Of a stretch of DNA of 64,000 nt, positions 57,401 through 63,707 are shown piece after piece. This DNA comes from a virus (Duplodnaviria > Caudoviricetes). The notes below the pieces were generated by a model. It did not search any database, had not been told where the DNA came from, and saw only the letters and a program-made list of their open reading frames with translations. The translations under genes and the position numbers were made by a program. Every line of letters starts with the position of its first letter. Position 1 is the stretch's first letter. The DNA lies in IMG/VR virus record IMGVR_UViG_3300025715_000009, positions 256,001 through 320,000 of that record, one strand, 5' to 3'.

Positions 57401-57793
57401 CTATTTAAACTCTAAATTTTCATTTTTAGAAATAGCATTTAACATTCCATTACACAATTCTAACCCCATAGTTATATCATAATCATCAAATTGTGTTAAT
57501 AACAAACCCTTTGCTAATTCATTTACTGGCTTGTTAAATAATTCTAATGTTTTTTCTCTCAAAATAGGTTCAATTTTCTTTAATTGCTCTGGTGTTAATT
57601 CCCCGTCACAATCTGAATGATCAAAGAAATCATATAATGGGTGGTCTACAGAGATTTGTTCTAACCACACATCTTCTTTATATAAAAAATATAAGTCATC
57701 AGAAAATCCACATTGATTCCATATACGACGTCTATATTGTCCAAAACCAGAATATGACCAATGCGCATTACAATGTGAAAAATCTATTCCCAT
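57401..57793 (-). CDS. phage protein (HSDCDG motif)
   Basis: WSYSGF..RR...HSDCDGE. Confidence 0.75.
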   Translation of the reverse strand: MGIDFSHCNAHWSYSGFGQYRRRIWNQCGFSDDLYFLYKEDVWLEQISVDHPLYDFFDHSDCDGELTPEQLKKIEPILREKTLELFNKPVNELAKGLLLTQFDDYDITMGLELCNGMLNAISKNENLEFK

Positions 57794-57804
57794 AATCTCT
57801 CCAT

Positions 57805-58065
57805 TTATTTATTAAATATAGAAATTATAATTTTTTCTAGTGCTTCAAGAACTATATTTAAATTATCTTGTATATCTAGAGGTGTTAAGTATTCTTCTAC
57901 ATTTTCTTTTGGTACCTCACCTCTTACATAAAACCAGGGACCATTTTCTTTTGTTGCATTTTTATCAATTGGTATTGGTTCAAAAAAATAAACAACAGCT
58001 TTTTCACTTTTTTTTGTGCTAAAAACAAGACTATAATATCCAGCTTTTGTTTTACCAAATATCAT
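57805..58065 (-). CDS. small hypothetical protein (IIISIF motif family)
   Basis: ORF with SD. Confidence 0.7.
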   Translation of the reverse strand: MIFGKTKAGYYSLVFSTKKSEKAVVYFFEPIPIDKNATKENGPWFYVRGEVPKENVEEYLTPLDIQDNLNIVLEALEKIIISIFNK

Positions 58066-58083
58066 AATATCCTCCTTACTTTA

Positions 58084-58154
58084 ATCCCTGACTAGGAGTC
58101 GAACCTAGACCGTAAGATTCAAAATCTTTTATGCTACCGCTACACCATCAGGGA
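58084..58154 (-). tRNA. tRNA-Gln (TTG)
   Basis: cloverleaf. Confidence 0.88.
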
Positions 58155-58385
58155 AAGTAATGAGGGCCTAGGACCCTCATTGTTGAGATTTGTAGTGCTC
58201 TCACACATTACAATTGTGCGCAAAGGGGCTCTCAAACCCTTTTAACCCACTGAGATTCATCAGCTCCCCATGTGGACCAGCAATATAGCACATCGAATTT
58301 AACGCCGAGATTGTGCAAAGGGCGTGCCAGGTCAGGTCATAAGGCCAACCACCTTTATTCACTCCAAAAGGTAAGGAGGAGTAAG

Positions 58386-58457
58386 TGGACACGGGGGGAT
58401 TCGAACCCCTTAGACCTGAATGCAAATCAGGCGCATTACCAGTTATGCTACCGGCCC
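58386..58457 (-). tRNA. tRNA-Ala (TGC), imperfect acceptor
   Basis: cloverleaf, G3.U70. Confidence 0.8.
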
Positions 58458-58461
58458 ATGG

Positions 58462-58543
58462 TAGGTCAGGTTGGACTTTAACTAACATCTTCCGTAGTTG
58501 TTCATGACCAGAGCTACGGCGTTTTAATTATTACTACTGACCT
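58462..58543 (-). ncRNA. tRNA-like RNA with expanded anticodon arm
   Basis: AGGTCAG/CTGACCT acceptor; CCGTAG/CTACGG stem around 16 nt; degenerate T arm. Confidence 0.5.
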
Positions 58544-58693
58544 GTTTGTGCAATTTTATGATTAATTGCTGTAATCCTATTTATGCAAATTTTTCTCATA
58601 AAAGGCAACTTATATCTAAACAATCGAGAAAGAAAACAAAAGAATAGATTATCAGAACCATGAACAAGCTTGTAATAAAAGTTGATTTTACTT

Positions 58694-59050
58694 CTAAGGC
58701 TTTTCATATTTCTCCTTTAGCTTCTTTAGTAAGGCTAATTCCTCTTCCTCTTTTTGCTTTTTCATCAACTTTGCTTCAGCTCTTTTTCGCTTTCTTGCTT
58801 CAGCCTCCTTATTGCATCGAATAGCAAACTCTTCATTAGTCTCATCTCTTATTCCAAAAATGGTATAAGAGCCAGGAGCATGTTCATTATATGCATAATC
58901 ATAATCAATTAAAAATGACTTATATTTTGTTCTATCAACATCACCAATTAAAAGATTCCAGAGGTCTTCAGGAGTAGATATAGTATGTGAATCTAATCTC
59001 GAAACTGAATAGTTGTCTATTTCATCTCTTACTTCCATCTTTTCCATCAT
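58694..59050 (-). CDS. hypothetical protein
   Basis: ORF with SD. Confidence 0.7.
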   Translation of the reverse strand: MMEKMEVRDEIDNYSVSRLDSHTISTPEDLWNLLIGDVDRTKYKSFLIDYDYAYNEHAPGSYTIFGIRDETNEEFAIRCNKEAEARKRKRAEAKLMKKQKEEEELALLKKLKEKYEKP

Positions 59051-59060
59051 CTACTCCTTT

Positions 59061-59085
59061 TGCAAGATACAGGACTCGAACCTGT
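59061..59085 (-). pseudogene. 3' stub of a split tRNA (Val-like)
   Basis: ACAGG TTCGAGT CCTGT ATCTTGC A. Confidence 0.75.
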
Positions 59086-59094
59086 GGTAATACT

Positions 59095-59167
59095 TAGGGG
59101 CTGAAGGGTACGATCCTCCGACATCTACGGTGTAAACGTAGCGCTCTCCCAACTGAGCTAAGCCCCC
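59095..59167 (-). tRNA. tRNA-Val (TAC), T loop ATCGTAC
   Basis: cloverleaf. Confidence 0.88.
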
Positions 59168-59907
59168 AAATTTAAAATCAATTCTACAAATTCTTCATAT
59201 TTCTTAACTACATAAAAATTCAATTTATTCTCTTTATATAGTTCTATTTTATCCAACCATTTTTCATATGACTTTTTAAAACTTTCGTAATTCTTAACTC
59301 TATCTCTATCAATTCCATCTAATTCAATCCAAATATCTTTATCAACTAAATATATATCACTTAGTCTTGATGAATTTGGCAAATATTTATGAGGATCAAA
59401 TCTTATATTTTTATCTTCTAAGAAATTAAAACATTTTTCTTCTAAAGAAGATTGAAAATATGTTCCAACCTTAGTATATCCTTTTTTTCCAAATCCACCT
59501 TTTCTCCCAATTTCTCCAAGTCTTTTTCTTTCTTTTAACGAAGAAGCATTTTTTTTATTTACTATAGACATTGTTAATTTAAAATCTGATGAACTTCTAT
59601 AACAATCCACACAATATCCAGTTTTATTACCATATTTTAGTAATTTATTACAAGTTTTACAATATCCATATATTTTCTTTTTTTTAATATTTTTAGGTTT
59701 TTTAAGTGATAATTTGACTCCTAATGAAATTTTTCTTTTCCATTCTTCTGAGTGGACATGCCCATTTGCACAAGATCTACTACAGAATTCTCTTTCATAT
59801 TTTGGAACATTTTGAAATCCATTTTCTGATATAGTTCTAAAAACTTCAAATTCTTTTCCACACTTTTTACATATTTTATTAATTGCAATTTTATTTAATT
59901 TTTTCAT
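59158..59907 (-). CDS. putative homing endonuclease (Zn fingers, NUMOD3-like, Vsr/DUF559-like nuclease)
   Basis: CKKC..FCSRSC, HSEEWKRKIS, SSLE...SDIYL...WIELDG; stop inside tRNA-Val. Confidence 0.8.
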   Translation of the reverse strand: MKKLNKIAINKICKKCGKEFEVFRTISENGFQNVPKYEREFCSRSCANGHVHSEEWKRKISLGVKLSLKKPKNIKKKKIYGYCKTCNKLLKYGNKTGYCVDCYRSSSDFKLTMSIVNKKNASSLKERKRLGEIGRKGGFGKKGYTKVGTYFQSSLEEKCFNFLEDKNIRFDPHKYLPNSSRLSDIYLVDKDIWIELDGIDRDRVKNYESFKKSYEKWLDKIELYKENKLNFYVVKKYEEFVELILNLGA

Positions 59908-59964
59908 ATAATTATCTTATATAAACAAATCGAACCATGTGTTTTCTATATGTTATTTTTTCTT

Positions 59965-59982
59965 CAGCTGGGCTAATCTTGC
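59965..59982 (-). pseudogene. 5' stub of the split tRNA (Val-like)
   Basis: GCAAGAT-TA-GCCCAGCTG; acceptor strand complementary to the stub at 59061. Confidence 0.7.
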
Positions 59983-59988
59983 ATAATA

Positions 59989-60061
59989 CGAGCCGTGCAG
60001 GAGTCGAACCTGCCTCCACGGATTAACAGTTCGTACCCTCACCACGACGGGCCTACGACTC
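59989..60061 (-). tRNA. tRNA-Asn (GTT), divergent
   Basis: CTGTTAA loop; canonical T arm. Confidence 0.75.
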
Positions 60062-60069
60062 AAATAATA

Positions 60070-60142
60070 CTCCTGGTGTAGGGTTCGAACCTACGACCCA
60101 ATGGTTAACAGCCATTTGCTCTGCCAACTGAGCTAACCAGGA
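60070..60142 (-). tRNA. tRNA-Asn (GTT)
   Basis: cloverleaf. Confidence 0.93.
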
Positions 60143-60146
60143 ATGA

Positions 60147-60220
60147 TGCATGCACCTGGTGTTGGACCAGGACCTTCAGTTTATCAGACTGACGTGCAGA
60201 ACCGCTACAGCCATGCATGC
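60147..60220 (-). tRNA. tRNA-Ile (GAT), atypical T loop TCCAACA
   Basis: GCATGCA/TGCATGC acceptor; CTGATAA loop. Confidence 0.7.
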
Positions 60221-60225
60221 GTTTA

Positions 60226-60296
60226 CAGGTCGTGAAGGAATCGAACCCTCAACTTAGGTTTTGGAGACTCATATGATACCGTTTCACCAACGACCT
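60226..60296 (-). tRNA. tRNA-Trp (CCA)
   Basis: cloverleaf, G73. Confidence 0.88.
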
Positions 60297-60304
60297 ATAA
60301 ATTT

Positions 60305-60444
60305 TTCTGTTTTCTTCTGAGAGTGTGAGTTCCACTCTGTTAATCCTCTTTCGAGGCACGACATATACCGCTTCTTTCGAAGAACTACCTTTCGGCATTT
60401 CGGTATACCGCTTGCATCCCTCTCAGCTACAGAATAAAACAGAA
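60305..60444 (-). ncRNA. unknown structured RNA (~140 nt)
   Basis: nested stems and three GAAA tetraloop hairpins between tRNAs. Confidence 0.6.
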
Positions 60445-60446
60445 TA

Positions 60447-60526
60447 CTGGGGCGACAGGACTCGAACCTGCATAAGATTTCTCCACTGGTTAACAGCCAG
60501 TTGCTCAGCCTTTGAGCCACACCCCA
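60447..60526 (-). tRNA. tRNA-Asn (GTT) with long variable arm
   Basis: cloverleaf. Confidence 0.82.
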
Positions 60527-60577
60527 ATGTGCAACCCTAGAGTCGCTAGGCGTCTCTTTATTGGGTCGCAAGCGTCT

Positions 60578-60650
60578 TGGCTCCCATGGGATTCGAACCC
60601 ATACTGTACACATTTTAAGTGTGCCGCCTCTGCCATTGGGCTACGGAGCC
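60578..60650 (-). tRNA. tRNA-Leu (TAA), short variable loop
   Basis: cloverleaf; CTTAAAA. Confidence 0.85.
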
Positions 60651-60847
60651 ATAAAATTGGGCTCCAGACTAAGGTTGCCCTACCTAGATATATCTAATAT
60701 AGTATCAAGCAGGAGTTTCCTATACCAAGTCTGGTTGATATAGGACGCGCTCTTTAATCTTTATAGAGGGAAAGAGCACCGCTTATGCCTGCAGCTCTTC
60801 AGCATCGACCCTCTTACTCAAATAATTTCACAAATATAAAGTTCTAA

Positions 60848-60951
60848 TTAGCGAGGTGGTGTCATCCTAACCTCCATATTAATCTACAAATAACACTTAA
60901 TTAAACTTGCTAAATTCTTACTTACCAGGTGGCGTCATCCTAACCTCCATA
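60848..60951 (-). repeat. 25-bp direct repeat carrying SD + MTPP minigenes
   Basis: TATGGAGGTTAGGATGAC(G/A)CCACCT at 60927-60951 and 60854-60878. Confidence 0.75.
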
Positions 60952-61038
60952 CTAGGCTAATTAGTTAACTTTTGCCATGTTGAGTTGGCGCTCTTTATCT
61001 GATACTCTTATTCTACCATACTTATATATGCTCTAAAT

Positions 61039-61110
61039 TGCAAAATATTGGATTTGAACCAATGACTTCCACCATGTCAAGGTGGCACTCTCCCACTGAG
61101 TTAATTTTGC
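61039..61110 (-). tRNA. tRNA-Val (GAC)
   Basis: cloverleaf. Confidence 0.9.
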
Positions 61111-61175
61111 GTAGGCCATCCATCTAAATCGTCGTAATAATCTCCTTCAGGAATCATTTTGTCCTCCATAAATAG

Positions 61176-61250
61176 TCTAGGTGGAAGTACTCGAAACTTC
61201 ATTGTGTCCTGGTCCCGGGCCAGGCGGGTTGCCTCTTACCCAACACCTAG
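61176..61250 (-). tRNA. tRNA-Pro (CGG), C33
   Basis: CCTGG-CCCGGGA-CCAGG. Confidence 0.75.
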
Positions 61251-61256
61251 ATGAAA

Positions 61257-61331
61257 CAGCTCGTAGGGGGTTCGAACCCCTCTATCTCCTGCGTGACAGG
61301 CAGGCGTCCACACCTAGCAGACTCACGAGCT
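61257..61331 (-). tRNA. tRNA-Asp (GTC)
   Basis: cloverleaf. Confidence 0.88.
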
Positions 61332-61370
61332 ATAAGTGGGGATAATAAGCTATCCCCGAAACTATCAACC

Positions 61371-62015
61371 TTAAAAATCCCTTGTCTTCAGTTTAGTAAT
61401 AATCCTCTCCCCTTTCCTAGAAAAGAGGCTCACACTTGGGACTAGAACCAAACCTTCTGCTTTCGCATTTCCTATTGTAGACTTAAAACCTCCTTTTACC
61501 ATTTCAATTGCTTGACCTAATGTTCCTTTAAATAGAACAGGAACAGATTTGATACCTAATTTAGCGGCAATACCATCGACATCTTCTCGCTTTAACCACC
61601 AACCATCAATCCAGACATCAAACAAGATAAAGTCAACTCCATTAGGGATGTAATCCCCTCCACCTTTTTGAATCTTAGCTCCATAGCCTTCGCCATAGAG
61701 AGTTACATTTGTCATTCTATTTCCATCAAAATCACGTTCAATACCAGGAAAAGCTTCTTCCCAATTAATTTTGGAAACAATCTCTTCTAGTTTAGTCTGA
61801 AGGAAAGAAGGGATACTTGCATTATCTGACTTGCCTTTGATTTCTACTTTCTTGCCATCCCAAATGATGCGAATGTTTGTTCCATCAATTTTTTCTGTTC
61901 CAATCCATTCATTGTTGAATAGATAGGCAAATTCAGGTTGAGCAAAATCTCCAATGATGAAATCACCATTATCATCTCGTTTATACAGTCCATTAATTTT
62001 ATGATACTGTTTCAT
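61371..62015 (-). CDS. RNA ligase (Rnl2-like adenylation domain)
   Basis: EKIDGTNIR, YGEGYG, FDV, EGLVL, KLK. Confidence 0.9.
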   Translation of the reverse strand: MKQYHKINGLYKRDDNGDFIIGDFAQPEFAYLFNNEWIGTEKIDGTNIRIIWDGKKVEIKGKSDNASIPSFLQTKLEEIVSKINWEEAFPGIERDFDGNRMTNVTLYGEGYGAKIQKGGGDYIPNGVDFILFDVWIDGWWLKREDVDGIAAKLGIKSVPVLFKGTLGQAIEMVKGGFKSTIGNAKAEGLVLVPSVSLFSRKGERIITKLKTRDF

Positions 62016-62030
62016 TTACACCTCCAATTA

Positions 62031-62104
62031 TACCACCAACAGGATTTGAACCCGTATCACCTTGCTTCGAAGGCAAGTGTCTTAATCCATTAGACTATGG
62101 TGGC
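62031..62104 (-). tRNA. tRNA-Arg (TCG)
   Basis: cloverleaf. Confidence 0.9.
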
Positions 62105-62108
62105 AAGA

Positions 62109-62180
62109 TACCTCTACCAGGAATCGAACCCGGATACTCTGTTTAGAAGACAGAGGTCTTATCCATTAGACGATAGAGGC
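62109..62180 (-). tRNA. tRNA-Arg (TCT)
   Basis: cloverleaf. Confidence 0.92.
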
Positions 62181-62186
62181 ATGATA

Positions 62187-62258
62187 TGCTTCTGCCGGGA
62201 CTTGAACCCAGATTATAGGTTTCGTAGACCTATGTCCTATCCATTAGACGACAGAAAC
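62187..62258 (-). tRNA. tRNA-Arg (ACG)
   Basis: cloverleaf. Confidence 0.92.
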
Positions 62259-62260
62259 TC

Positions 62261-62333
62261 AGCTGCCACAAAGAATTGAACTTTGATTTAATCCTTACCA
62301 AGGATTTGTAATTATCCATTATACGATGGCAGC
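62261..62333 (-). tRNA. tRNA-Thr (GGT)
   Basis: cloverleaf. Confidence 0.9.
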
Positions 62334-62431
62334 ATTATCCTTCTCTAATGCCAATTAACCCTAAGAGCATTGGCTTTCTTTTTCAAAGTTCTTGTTGTCT
62401 TGGTCATTATATACTCAAGACTTTTATCTCT

Positions 62432-62467
62432 AAAACAAAAAAGGCATTCAGCCTAAGCCGAATGCCT
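62432..62467 (-). terminator. intrinsic terminator (candidate attenuator) upstream of the tRNA array
   Basis: AGGCATTCGGC-TTAG-GCTGAATGCCT-TTTTTGTTTT. Confidence 0.85.
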
Positions 62468-62491
62468 GATTAAAATCAAACCTTGAACGGC

Positions 62492-62584
62492 TTACAACAC
62501 TGGTATCCCTGTATCGACAGTTCTCCAATTATGATTGGCTACTGGGGATGAGGTACTAATTTGTTGTAAGCATAATTCTTTCAT
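62492..62584 (-). CDS. putative leader peptide MKELCLQQISTSSPVANHNWRTVDTGIPVL
   Basis: 30-codon ORF after an AAGATAA motif, ending 24 nt before the terminator; overlaps alternative hairpins. Confidence 0.6.
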   Translation of the reverse strand: MKELCLQQISTSSPVANHNWRTVDTGIPVL

Positions 62585-62680
62585 ATATTTTATCTTGCGT
62601 CCTTTTCTATAAATATGCATTTTTTTGTAAAAATTTTTATTTTTTTGTTATTTTTATATGATTATATTCTTCTGTTTTAC

Positions 62681-62971
62681 CTAATAAAACTTTTTTGCCT
62701 GCTTGACTATCAAATCTTCATCATATATTTCATACATCTCTTGAATACTAGAGGTTAATTTTTTATCATTATTCGGATGACCTGAAAAATTAAAAATAGA
62801 AATAAAATCCCAAGATAAAGACCCAGGACCGTGTATATTAACACGACTTGCCGCCCATCTTCCAGACATCCATTTATCATTATACTTTACAAGATAAGTC
62901 TTACTCTCATCTATATTAGATATAAATTTATCAAAATCATAATTACATAAATCAACTGGTAGAAGTTTCAT
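62681..62971 (-). CDS. hypothetical protein
   Basis: SD GAGG before MKLL. Confidence 0.65.
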   Translation of the reverse strand: MKLLPVDLCNYDFDKFISNIDESKTYLVKYNDKWMSGRWAASRVNIHGPGSLSWDFISIFNFSGHPNNDKKLTSSIQEMYEIYDEDLIVKQAKKFY

Positions 62972-63707
62972 TAACAAACCTCTCAAGATAAGATTTAAAT
63001 CCTTTCATATCTTTATCTATGCATTGCAAAATCAAATAATTAATTTCAGTCATCTCCTTAAAGATTTCAACACTCCATTTTAAATCTGACATTTCTTCAA
63101 GTATTGTCATAATGGCTTGGGCATAAACGCGAATTTCATATTGAGCATGTTCATGTAGGCGTAATTCAAGAAAATGGAATAAATTTCTTAAATCTACAGT
63201 AAAGTAAAATTCCGTATAATTGCTTACTGGGGTGGCCATTCGAGCCATTTCTTTGGCAACACCTTTAGATAATAAATCTTCATATAATATATGAGATGCT
63301 GAATATAAAGAACCGATACGAGATTTTAATTCTTTATTTAATTCTGAGTCTATTGCTTCTCCTGACCCTTGATGGTTTTTTACTCCTTGGATACGTAATT
63401 CATTTGGCATATACAAATCATCAATCATTGGGGAGTAGCGACCACTATATTCATTAAATGAAAATGTACGATGTCTAAACCATTGTCTTGCTACAAAAAT
63501 AGGACATTTAATCCTAAAAGTTAATTGAACTTGCTCAAATGGAGAAAGATGTTGATTTTTGTATAAATAACGAATTAATCCTCTATCTTCTTTGTCTCCT
63601 TTTTTAGCAATTCCACCTGTTGAAACTCTAGCTGATTGCAAAATACGATAATCATCTCCCATTTTGTCTATAAATTCTACTTCACCGTGGTCAAGAACTT
63701 GAATCAT
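62952..63707 (-). CDS. thyX: FAD-dependent thymidylate synthase
   Basis: ARVS, HLSPFE, RHRTFSFNEYSGRY, HAQYEIR. Confidence 0.95.
   Translation of the reverse strand: MIQVLDHGEVEFIDKMGDDYRILQSARVSTGGIAKKGDKEDRGLIRYLYKNQHLSPFEQVQLTFRIKCPIFVARQWFRHRTFSFNEYSGRYSPMIDDLYMPNELRIQGVKNHQGSGEAIDSELNKELKSRIGSLYSASHILYEDLLSKGVAKEMARMATPVSNYTEFYFTVDLRNLFHFLELRLHEHAQYEIRVYAQAIMTILEEMSDLKWSVEIFKEMTEINYLILQCIDKDMKGFKSYLERFVNETSTS

Noticed and set aside
621-57840. Short antisense or alternative-frame ORFs inside larger genes (for example 621, 1945, 3050, 9514, 15804, 20134, 21998, 25753, 29910, 47573)
   Set aside because: They overlap better-supported genes and have shadow-like composition with no SD.
58245-58270. 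Hammerhead ribozyme from CTGATGA (also CTGAAGA near 60800)
   Set aside because: No correctly placed stem II-GAAA-stem III could be built by eye.
50013-59982. Group I introns in tRNA genes as the explanation for endonuclease plus tRNA halves
   Set aside because: Flanks are short and AT-rich with no intron core, stubs lack the middle of the tRNA, and intact tRNAs lie within the inserts.
45740-62279. ORFs overlapping tRNAs/ncRNAs (45740, 45790, 57056, 58201, 58272, 60284, 60325, 60512, 60561, 61251, 62097)
   Set aside because: Explained as shadows of GC-rich RNA genes.
8240-62620. GCATAT motif as a sigma-54 -12 element
   Set aside because: No conserved GG at the -24 position in the instances inspected.
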